A stretch of 32,000 bases of DNA, taken from the NCBI RefSeq assembly GCF_025567215.1, contig NZ_JAOQKB010000002.1, positions 323,000 to 354,999 on the forward strand. The letters are read 5' to 3'. Position numbers and translations under genes: made by a program. Position 1 is the first letter of the stretch, and every line of letters begins with the position of its first letter. Origin of the DNA: Huintestinicola butyrica (lineage in GTDB: Bacteria; Bacillota; Clostridia; Oscillospirales; Ruminococcaceae). The notes below the pieces were generated by a model. The model saw only the letters and a list, made by a program, of their open reading frames with translations, did no database searches and had not been told where the DNA came from. Below, piece after piece: positions 1 through 6,660 of the stretch.

Positions 1-14
1 AAGGACACGATAAT

Positions 15-743
15 ATGAAAAATCATTTCAACGGCAAGTTATCGGGCAAGGGAACGGCAGCCATCATCTGCTTCTGTCTGGCGGCAGTGGCAGCACTGGG
101 AATCTTCTCCTACAACAAATCAGCCAAGGAACTGAGAAGCGAGCTTTCGGGCGTGAGCAGTACATCTGAAACAGCTCAGACAGAGGCGGCGCAGGACGCA
201 AACGCAGCGGCGGACAACGTTCCCGTTGAAGAAGCGGCAGCCCCTCAGGAGGACATTATCCTTGAGCATGACGCATTCGGCGGCGAAGAAGCGGAGGTCT
301 CCCCCACCGAGTCGGACGCTATCACAAGCGCAGTGGTACGTCCCGCAGACGGTGAGATACTGGAAGCATTCTCTGACGGCGAACTGGTAAAGTCCAAAAC
401 TCTCAGTGTGTGGAAGACCCATGACGGCATCGACATTGCGGCAGCACAGGGCGAGAATGTGAAATCAATCTGTGCGGGAACTGTCTCCGAAGTGACCGAC
501 GACCCTATGATGGGCATTACAGTTGTAATCGACCACGGCAGCGGCTACACAGGCTACTACTGCAATCTTGCGGAAGAGGTAAAGATCTCCGCAGGTGACG
601 AGGTAAGCGCAGGCACAGTTATCGGCGAGGTGGGCAGCACTGCTGATGCCGAACTTGCGGACGAGTCTCATCTTCACTTCGGCATCAAGAAAAACGGCTC
701 ATGGACCGATCCCGCTGAGATACTCTCGGGCGAAGGAAGCTGA
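15..743 (+). CDS. Membrane-anchored M23/LytM family metallopeptidase
   Basis: 242-aa ORF with AAGGA RBS at 1-5. N-terminal hydrophobic anchor (AAIICFCLAAVAALGIF), low-complexity Ala/Glu linker, and C-terminal LytM domain with HxxxD (HDGID) and HxH (HLHFG) zinc motifs. Confidence 0.8.
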   Translation: MKNHFNGKLSGKGTAAIICFCLAAVAALGIFSYNKSAKELRSELSGVSSTSETAQTEAAQDANAAADNVPVEEAAAPQEDIILEHDAFGGEEAEVSPTESDAITSAVVRPADGEILEAFSDGELVKSKTLSVWKTHDGIDIAAAQGENVKSICAGTVSEVTDDPMMGITVVIDHGSGYTGYYCNLAEEVKISAGDEVSAGTVIGEVGSTADAELADESHLHFGIKKNGSWTDPAEILSGEGS

Positions 744-753
744 AAATAACATT

Positions 754-806
754 TCCCCCTTTTGTCAGGCGCACTTGTGTACTTGACTGAAGGGGGATAT
801 TTGTGT
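754..806 (+). terminator. Possible intrinsic terminator after the M23 gene
   Basis: TCCCCCTT (754-761) pairs with AAGGGGGA (790-797). The long loop holds an inner GTCA/TGAC stem. It is followed by a T-rich ATATTTGTGTT. The loop is large, so the call is weak. Confidence 0.35.
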
Positions 807-1016
807 TATAATGCAGCTTATGTGATATTTAAAAAAATCAAAATGCGGCAGATCGGACATAAAAAGCACAGATTTTTCCCTATATCACGCCATTTTCAAT
901 AGATTTTTGCCTCAGAAAATTTCTGAAACGATTTAAGAGAAACGGAGAGAATTAAAGCAAAACAGAGAGAAATCAAGAGTATGAGGGATATATTTCAAAA
1001 ATCAGCAAAAAAAGTC

Positions 1017-1045
1017 TTGACAAACCCGTTTCAAGTGTGTATAAT
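1017..1045 (+). promoter_or_regulatory. Sigma-A-type promoter for rplM-rpsI
   Basis: TTGACA (1017-1022), 17-nt spacer, TATAAT (1040-1045). This leaves a ~118-nt leader before the rplM ATG. Confidence 0.5.
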
Positions 1046-1163
1046 AATCAATGTTGTGTAAAGAAGAGGTATGAGTTCCCTGTGATATTTGAGTTGCGTG
1101 CAGGGCGGTACCAACGTCTATGCGGCAATTTTTTCGATACTATATTAAAAAGGAGATCTGACT

Positions 1164-1592
1164 ATGTCAACTTATATGCCTAAGGCTAATGAAATCAGCC
1201 GTAAGTGGTATGTGCTTGATGCTTCCGGTAAGTCCCTCGGTCGTGTAGCTGCTCAGGCTGCTGCAATTCTCCGTGGCAAGCACAAGCCCACATTCGCTCC
1301 TCACGCTGACTGCGGCGACCACGTTATCATCATCAACTGCGCTGAAGCTGTTCTTACAGGAAGAAAGCTCGAGCAGAAGACCTACAAGTGGCACACCGGC
1401 TGGATCGGCGGTCTTAAGGAGACCAAGTACAGCGAAATGATGAAGAAGAACCCTGAGAAGGCTATGATGATCGCAGTAAACGGTATGCTCCCCAACAACA
1501 CACTTGGCAGAGCAGCTCTTACCCGTCTGAGAGTATATGCAGGCGCTGAGCACAACCATGCTGCACAGAAGCCCGAAAAGTTCGATATATAA
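1164..1592 (+). CDS. rplM: 50S ribosomal protein L13
   Basis: 142 aa with AAAGGAGA RBS. The sequence (KWYVLDA...GRVAAQAA..LRGKHKP.F.PH.D.GD.VI..N) is unmistakably L13. Confidence 0.97.
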   Translation: MSTYMPKANEISRKWYVLDASGKSLGRVAAQAAAILRGKHKPTFAPHADCGDHVIIINCAEAVLTGRKLEQKTYKWHTGWIGGLKETKYSEMMKKNPEKAMMIAVNGMLPNNTLGRAALTRLRVYAGAEHNHAAQKPEKFDI

Positions 1593-1606
1593 GGAGGGTG
1601 TAAACA

Positions 1607-2008
1607 ATGTACGAATCTAAACAGCAGTATTTTTACGGCACAGGAAGAAGAAAAAGCTCTGTTGCAAGAGTAAGAGTTTACCCCGGCAGCGGCAAGATCA
1701 CTATCAACGGCAGAGACATTGACGATTACTTTGGTCTTGAGACCCTCAAGCTCATCGTTAGACAGCCTCTCGCTCTCACTGAGACCGCTGAGCAGTTCGA
1801 TATCGTTTGCACAGTAGCAGGCGGCGGCGTTACAGGTCAGGCAGGTGCTATCAGACACGGTCTTTCCCGTGCTCTCCTCGTTTTCAACCCTGAGCTTCGT
1901 CCCGTTCTCAAGAAGGCTGGTTTCCTCACAAGAGACCCCAGAATGAAGGAAAGAAAGAAGTACGGCTTAAAGGCTGCTCGTCGTGCTCCCCAGTTCTCAA
2001 AGAGATAA
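1607..2008 (+). CDS. rpsI: 30S ribosomal protein S9
   Basis: 133 aa. GTGRRK...ARV...G.G.I.ING near the N-terminus and the C-terminal ...[11 protein letters not shown] are diagnostic of S9. The gene lies 14 nt after rplM. Confidence 0.97.
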   Translation: MYESKQQYFYGTGRRKSSVARVRVYPGSGKITINGRDIDDYFGLETLKLIVRQPLALTETAEQFDIVCTVAGGGVTGQAGAIRHGLSRALLVFNPELRPVLKKAGFLTRDPRMKERKKYGLKAARRAPQFSKR

Positions 2009-2097
2009 AAGATCTCCTCAGCATATCACATATTTGCGTGGTTTCAAGTCAGTTATCAAAAAATTGGCTTGTTTGGGGATAATAATGATTATTCAGG

Positions 2098-2131
2098 ATC
2101 ACCCACAGAGCTTTCTGTGGGTGATTTTTTT
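2098..2131 (+). terminator. Intrinsic terminator of rplM-rpsI
   Basis: ATCACCCACAG (2098-2108) pairs with CTGTGGGTGAT (2115-2125), a perfect 11-bp stem, followed by a T7 run. Confidence 0.85.
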
Positions 2132-2245
2132 ATCTGCATTGCCCGACAATAAGTAACTCCTTTGATCAAACGTACCCGTCAGACGCTAAGCAACATTTTT
2201 TCGGAGAGCAAATGTCTTATTTGGCAGATGATTTTATGTCCGATA

Positions 2246-2435
2246 AGTATTAGTTATCAACGGTTTATTACACATTTAATTATCAAAGGAGGAATTTCTA
2301 ATGAGAAATTCAAAGATGAAAGGCTTTACCCTTATCGAGCTCATCGTTGTTATCGCAATCATCGGTGTTCTCGCAGCTATCCTCGTTCCCTCTATGATCG
2401 GCTATGTTGGCGATTCCAAGCTTTCTACAGCTAAT
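2246..2435 (+). repeat. Conserved pilin 5' module, copy 1 (leader + RBS + first ~45 codons)
   Basis: Starts AGTATTAGTTATC, 55 nt before the ATG. Positions 2268-2386 are 119/119 identical to the reverse complement of 3309-3427. Confidence 0.9.
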
Positions 2436-2777
2436 GCAAATGCAAAGCTTGTTTACTCTAATTCTGCTACATATGCTTCCAAGTGTGAGGTTGCTGGTTA
2501 TCCTATGACTTCTATGTCTGTTGGTGCTGCATCACTTAAGACTGCAACAGCGACTGGTAGTGCTGCAACACCCTCTGCTACTCCTACCTCAAGCGACCTT
2601 ACAGTAGCTTTACAGAATCTTATGGGTTCTAATTCTGATGCTGCAGGTGTATGCTCTGTTAATATTGCAGCAACTGGTATGCCTACAAATAGTAAGTGGG
2701 CTAAAACAGCTTCTGACCTTTATGTTGGTACATATCCCGAGCCTGCTACTGAAAAGGCTGCAGCTGCTATTTCCTAA
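2301..2777 (+). CDS. Type IV pilin-like protein (prepilin-type N-terminal cleavage/methylation domain), paralog 1
   Basis: 158 aa with AGGAGG RBS. Class III signal MRNSKMKG|FTLIELIVVIAIIGVLAAILVP, with Gly-1, Phe+1 and Glu+5. The C-terminal region is Ser/Thr/Ala-rich and variable. Confidence 0.88.
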   Translation: MRNSKMKGFTLIELIVVIAIIGVLAAILVPSMIGYVGDSKLSTANANAKLVYSNSATYASKCEVAGYPMTSMSVGAASLKTATATGSAATPSATPTSSDLTVALQNLMGSNSDAAGVCSVNIAATGMPTNSKWAKTASDLYVGTYPEPATEKAAAAIS

Positions 2778-2810
2778 TTGATAGCTTAGTTAACTAAATC
2801 ATCATAATGA

Positions 2811-2855
2811 AAAAAAGGTCCCCTCGCTTTAAAAGTGAGGGGACCTTTTCCTTTT
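2811..2855. terminator. Bidirectional intrinsic terminator between convergent pilin genes 1 and 2
   Basis: GGTCCCCTC (2817-2825) pairs with GAGGGGACC (2837-2845). It is flanked by A7 upstream and TTTTCCTTTT downstream, so it can terminate both strands. Confidence 0.8.
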
Positions 2856-2890
2856 ATTAGTTAGTGAAACCTTTTGAACTTAACAAATCA

Positions 2891-3394
2891 TTACTTCTTC
2901 GCAGCTGTATCAAAGTCGATTTCAACATCGTCTGCGCCCTTATTCGCACCAACAGCAACAGTAGCAGCTACAGGATAACCGCCAACATACTTATCGGAAT
3001 CTGTCTTTCTCCAAGCAGTTGCCTCGGGTACAGATGAAGCGTTAAGCTTGATAGCAGCCTTACCGCCGGCAGCAGAACCACCCATCAGAGACTGAAGTGC
3101 TTTTTCAAGTTCCTTACCATCCTTAGCATATGTCTGACCAGCATCACCACCAGTAAGATCACACTTAACAACTGTTCCGGCACCATCTACAGTATAACCA
3201 GCAACTTCGCAGTTTGTGCAGTATGTAGCGGTATTAGTGTAAGCAAGCTTAGCGTTAGAGTTAGCTGTGGAGAGCTTGGACTGACCAACATAGCCGATCA
3301 TAGAAGGTACGAGGATAGCTGCGAGAACACCGATGATTGCGATAACAACGATGAGCTCGATAAGGGTAAAGCCTTTCATCTTTGAATTTCTCAT
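2891..3394 (-). CDS. Type IV pilin-like protein, paralog 2
   Basis: 167 aa. The first 37 residues are identical to paralogs 1 and 3. It shares the YCTNCEVAGYTV, LMGGSA and KYVGGYPVAATV blocks with paralog 3. Confidence 0.88.
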   Translation of the reverse strand: MRNSKMKGFTLIELIVVIAIIGVLAAILVPSMIGYVGQSKLSTANSNAKLAYTNTATYCTNCEVAGYTVDGAGTVVKCDLTGGDAGQTYAKDGKELEKALQSLMGGSAAGGKAAIKLNASSVPEATAWRKTDSDKYVGGYPVAATVAVGANKGADDVEIDFDTAAKK

Positions 3395-3449
3395 TAGAAA
3401 TTCCTCCTTTGATAATTAAATGTGTAACGAACCGTTGATAACTAATACT
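3260..3449 (-). repeat. Conserved pilin 5' module, copy 2 (inverted relative to copies 1 and 3)
   Basis: The reverse complement begins AGTATTAGTTATC, 55 nt before the ATG. Positions 3309-3427 match copy 1 perfectly. Positions 3273-3358 match copy 3 (3991-4076) perfectly. Confidence 0.9.
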
Positions 3450-3494
3450 GGTCGTTTTATTTTGTCTCGGAACTCTTTCCTTGACTGTATCTAT

Positions 3495-3523
3495 ATTATA
3501 GCCTATCAAACTGGAAAAGTCAA
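3495..3523 (-). promoter_or_regulatory. Near-consensus sigma-A promoter for pilin paralog 2
   Basis: On the minus strand: TTGACT (3523-3518), 17-nt spacer, TATAAT (3500-3495). This predicts a ~95-nt leader that contains the conserved module. Confidence 0.5.
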
Positions 3524-3900
3524 TAGTTTTCTGATATTTTTTCCTGCAATTTTGTGAGTTTGGATATTTTTTCATATAAACGCTTTAAAACAGAACGTTA
3601 TGTGGCACTTTGCACAAAATATATACAGATTTCAATTTCAAATCACTAATTTTTGCAACTTTTCACTCCTGCGAAAAGTCGCTCAGTAATTTTATAATTG
3701 TTTACATTATGAAAATCCCATTTTTTTATAAAAGTATTTAACAACACTTGCAAAAATTACAGTTTTTTTCTACAGAAATTACACTTTGGCAGCGGAATAT
3801 GTCATTTCATTTTCAATATATGTAATTTGCACTAATAATTACACATTATAGGTCAGATGAATGTAAAATTAAAGCATTGTATGTCAAAGGACAAGTGATA

Positions 3901-4089
3901 AGTATTAGTTATCGGTCGTATGAAACATTTAATTTAACAAAGGAGGAATTTCTCATGAGAAATTCAAAGATGAAAGGTTTCACCCTTATTGAGCTCATCG
4001 TTGTTATCGCAATCATCGGTGTTCTCGCAGCTATCCTCGTACCTTCTATGATCGGCTATGTTGGTCAGTCCAAGCTTTCTACAGCTAAC
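3901..4089 (+). repeat. Conserved pilin 5' module, copy 3
   Basis: AGTATTAGTTATC lies 54 nt before the ATG. The leader is more diverged than in copies 1 and 2. Positions 3991-4076 are 86/86 identical to the reverse complement of 3273-3358. Confidence 0.9.
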
Positions 4090-4455
4090 TCCAACGCTAA
4101 GCTCGCATTCACCAACTCTGCTACATACTGCACCAACTGCGAAGTTGCTGGTTACACTGTAGCTTCCGGTACTTCTACTTATAACCTCGCTTCTGGTTCC
4201 GCTGGTCAGAACTACTCCAAGGATGGTTCTCACCTTTCTGAGGCTCTCGTATCCCTCATGGGTGGTTCCGCTACTTCCGGTCAGGCAACTGTTGTTATCT
4301 CCAACGTTGGTGTTCCTGAGAAGACCGCTTGGGCTAAGACTGCTTCTGATAAGTACGTTGGTGGTTACCCTGTAGCTGCTACCGTTGATACCAATGGCAC
4401 TGCTTCCGGCGAAACAAGCGTAGTTCTCTCTACCGCTGTTGCTACAACTCACTAA
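3955..4455 (+). CDS. Type IV pilin-like protein, paralog 3
   Basis: The ORF track starts at 3877. However, the conserved MRNSKMKGFTLIEL start is the ATG at 3955, preceded by AGGAGG (3941-3946) exactly as in the paralogs. The product is 166 aa. Confidence 0.88.
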   Translation: MRNSKMKGFTLIELIVVIAIIGVLAAILVPSMIGYVGQSKLSTANSNAKLAFTNSATYCTNCEVAGYTVASGTSTYNLASGSAGQNYSKDGSHLSEALVSLMGGSATSGQATVVISNVGVPEKTAWAKTASDKYVGGYPVAATVDTNGTASGETSVVLSTAVATTH

Positions 4456-4495
4456 TCGGAGCTTGTAAATCAGTATAATAACTGAACTTTAAAAA

Positions 4496-4535
4496 CAGTC
4501 TTGCAGCTTAACAGCTGTGAGGCTGTTTTTCTTTT
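4496..4535 (+). terminator. Intrinsic terminator of pilin paralog 3
   Basis: CAGTCTTGCAGCT pairs with AGCTGTGAGGCTG, about 13 bp including G-U pairs, followed by TTTTTCTTTT. Confidence 0.65.
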
Positions 4536-4600
4536 GCCTGTAAATATATTTATATAGTATATCCCCCGATTGCCCGATTGATCGCTATACTATACTTATT

Positions 4601-4633
4601 GCAGAAAAGATAGATCTGTCTTTTCTGCTTTTT
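4601..4633 (+). terminator. Second (orphan) intrinsic terminator
   Basis: GCAGAAAAGA (4601-4610) pairs with TCTTTTCTGC (4619-4628), a perfect 10-bp stem with an 8-nt loop, followed by T5. No ORF lies between it and the previous terminator. Confidence 0.6.
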
Positions 4634-4691
4634 AAGCTGTCACACTTTTCTATTACCCCGCAAAATACTGTGACAGATACACAAATAAATA

Positions 4692-4720
4692 TTGATTTTC
4701 TGCCGAAAATATAGTATAAT
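4692..4720 (+). promoter_or_regulatory. Sigma-A-type promoter for the HAD phosphatase operon
   Basis: TTGATT (4692-4697), 17-nt spacer, TATAAT (4715-4720). Confidence 0.5.
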
Positions 4721-4762
4721 ATAAAACAGCTGATTGCAAATACTACCACAGGAGACCTGCCG

Positions 4763-5248
4763 ATGCTGTTCACACCAACCCGTGCTTACAAGAGCATACT
4801 GAACGTTACTCCGGAGATACTTTCCGAAATGGGCGTCAGGGCGCTTATCCTTGACATTGACAACACCATGACTACCCACGATAATCCCGTTCCCGTTGAG
4901 GGGCTTTTCGAGTGGCTGGACAACATGCGCAGCCACGGAATAAAGATGATGATAGTTTCAAACAATCACCCGCCGAGAGTTATCCCCTTTGCAAAGCTGC
5001 TGGGGCTTGAATTTGTGGCGGAGGGTGCAAAGCCATTGCCCAAGGGCTACAAGCAGGCGGCAGAGAAAATGAACGTGCCCAAATCGGAGATATGCACCAT
5101 CGGCGACCAGCTTTTCACGGACATTCTGGGGGCAAAACTTTTCGGTATAAAATCCATTCTTGTCCCACCTATCGAGCCTGAAAAGACGGTGTTTTTCAAA
5201 ATAAAAAGAGCGGCGGAAAAGCCTTTTCTGCCTAAAAAATATATGTAA
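4763..5248 (+). CDS. YqeG-family HAD-IIIA phosphatase
   Basis: 161 aa with AGGAGA RBS. DIDNT (DxDxT nucleophile motif), VSNN and GDQLFTDI motifs. Size and order are typical of the YqeG subfamily. Confidence 0.8.
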   Translation: MLFTPTRAYKSILNVTPEILSEMGVRALILDIDNTMTTHDNPVPVEGLFEWLDNMRSHGIKMMIVSNNHPPRVIPFAKLLGLEFVAEGAKPLPKGYKQAAEKMNVPKSEICTIGDQLFTDILGAKLFGIKSILVPPIEPEKTVFFKIKRAAEKPFLPKKYM

Positions 5249-5275
5249 GTGATAACATAAAACGGAGGTAATAAA

Positions 5276-6136
5276 ATGAGCGCAGTTTTTGGCCCCGCAG
5301 GCACTGCGGAAAGCTTCAAGGCTATGGGCTATAAAAAGTCAACTCAGCTTCCTGAGTATCTGAGCAAATTCGGTCTGACACACTTTGAATATCAGTGCGG
5401 TCAGGGCGTAAGGATATCCGAGGACACAGCAAGAGAGATAGGCACGGCGCTGAAAAACGGCAGCATAACCGTTTCCCTCCATGCTCCCTACTTCATATCT
5501 CTTTCGGGCACAGATGAAGAAAAGAGAATGAACTCCATAAACTACATTCTGGCTTCCGCAAAGGCTGCAAAGGCTATGGGTGCACAGAGGATAGTTATCC
5601 ACAGCGGATCATGCGCAAAGATATCCCGTGAAGAGGCTCTGGAGCTTGCCAAGGACACTATGAAAAAAGCCCGTGAGGCTCTTATTTCAGAGGGACTGGG
5701 CGACATCATCTGCTGCCCCGAGACCATGGGCAAGGTAAATCAGCTGGGCACGCTGGAAGAGGTCATTGAGATATGCAAGGTAGATGATACTTTCCTCCCC
5801 ACAGTGGATTTCGGGCACCTGAACGCCCGCACCTTCGGCGGCATCAAGACCAAGCAGGACTATGCGGATATGCTGGACAAGCTGGAAAACGGTCTGGGAA
5901 TTGACCGTGCAAAAGTGTTCCACAGCCATTTTTCAAAGATAATGTTCACCGAAAAAGGCGGCGAGAAAATGCACCTGACCTTCGGCGACAATCAGGGCTA
6001 CGGCCCCGACTATGAGCCTCTGCTGGAGCTTATCTACGCAAAGGGCTGGTCACCCACATTCATCTGCGAGAGCGCAGGCACTCAGACTGAGGACGCTCAG
6101 ACCATGCAGGAATATTACAGAAATCTCGGCAAATAA
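5276..6136 (+). CDS. TIM-barrel protein of the AP endonuclease 2 / endonuclease IV-like (xylose isomerase-like) superfamily
   Basis: 286 aa. HAPYFISL, RIVIHSG, PETMGK, DFGHLNAR and HSHFSKI..T..GEK.HLTF blocks are typical of the clostridial endonuclease-IV-like family. The exact activity cannot be told from the sequence. Confidence 0.65.
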   Translation: MSAVFGPAGTAESFKAMGYKKSTQLPEYLSKFGLTHFEYQCGQGVRISEDTAREIGTALKNGSITVSLHAPYFISLSGTDEEKRMNSINYILASAKAAKAMGAQRIVIHSGSCAKISREEALELAKDTMKKAREALISEGLGDIICCPETMGKVNQLGTLEEVIEICKVDDTFLPTVDFGHLNARTFGGIKTKQDYADMLDKLENGLGIDRAKVFHSHFSKIMFTEKGGEKMHLTFGDNQGYGPDYEPLLELIYAKGWSPTFICESAGTQTEDAQTMQEYYRNLGK

Positions 6137-6143
6137 GCCATGA

Positions 6144-6172
6144 TTGACATCTGCTCTCTGCGGTTATATAAT
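6144..6172 (+). promoter_or_regulatory. Sigma-A-type promoter upstream of aroQ
   Basis: TTGACA (6144-6149), 17-nt spacer, TATAAT (6167-6172). Confidence 0.5.
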
Positions 6173-6204
6173 ATTATTAAAGCTATTCTGAAAGGATAAT
6201 TACT

Positions 6205-6660
6205 ATGAACGTACTTATTATAAACGGACCTAACCTTAATCTTCTGGGCGAGCGTGAACCCGGCACATACGGCAGCGACAGCTATGACAATATCTGCGCA
6301 CTTATCAGGGCAAAGGCAGAGGAGCTGGGCTTTTCCGAGTGCGAGTGCTTCCAGTCCAACAGCGAGGGCGAGATAATCGACCGTATCCATCAGGCACGCC
6401 TTGACTTTTCGGGTATCGTTATCAACGCAGGCGCATATACTCACTACAGCTATGCCATAAGGGACGCCATTGCTGCAGTGAAGATCCCCGTTATCGAAGT
6501 GCATATGTCCAATATCCACAAGCGTGAGGAATTCAGGCATCATTCCGTTATCTCCCCTGTCTGCGCAGGTCAGATAGCAGGCTTTGGCAAGGAAAGCTAT
6601 ATCCTGGGTCTCCACGCACTGAAGAATATTCTGGAGGAAAAGGAATATGAACAGGATTGA
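6205..6660 (+). CDS. aroQ: Type II 3-dehydroquinate dehydratase
   Basis: 151 aa. The sequence (INGPNLNLLG.REP..YG ... NAGAYTHYS.A.RDA ... P.IEVH.SN...RE.FRH.S) is diagnostic. Confidence 0.95.
   Translation: MNVLIINGPNLNLLGEREPGTYGSDSYDNICALIRAKAEELGFSECECFQSNSEGEIIDRIHQARLDFSGIVINAGAYTHYSYAIRDAIAAVKIPVIEVHMSNIHKREEFRHHSVISPVCAGQIAGFGKESYILGLHALKNILEEKEYEQD

Noticed and set aside
912-926. Palindrome TCAGAAA-A-TTTCTGA and the purine-rich stretch 930-1000 in the 420-bp spacer before rplM.
   Set aside because: A short AT-rich palindrome with no flanking promoter or partner site. The purine-rich tract has no recognisable ORF or structure. Evidence is insufficient to call a feature.
2162-3575. 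Alternative-frame ORFs 2162-2434 (+) and 3261-3575 (-) with similar translations (ISYQRF.THLIIKGGISNEKFKDERLYPYRAHRCYRNHRCSRSYPR).
   Set aside because: They are the out-of-frame reading of the duplicated pilin leader and N-terminal module. The similarity is a by-product of the DNA repeat. They have no RBS and an implausible composition.
3877-3954. Upstream extension of pilin paralog 3 (MYVKGQVISISYRSYETFNLTKEEFL).
   Set aside because: It covers the conserved non-coding leader and the RBS shared with the other two paralogs. All three proteins start at MRNSKMKG.
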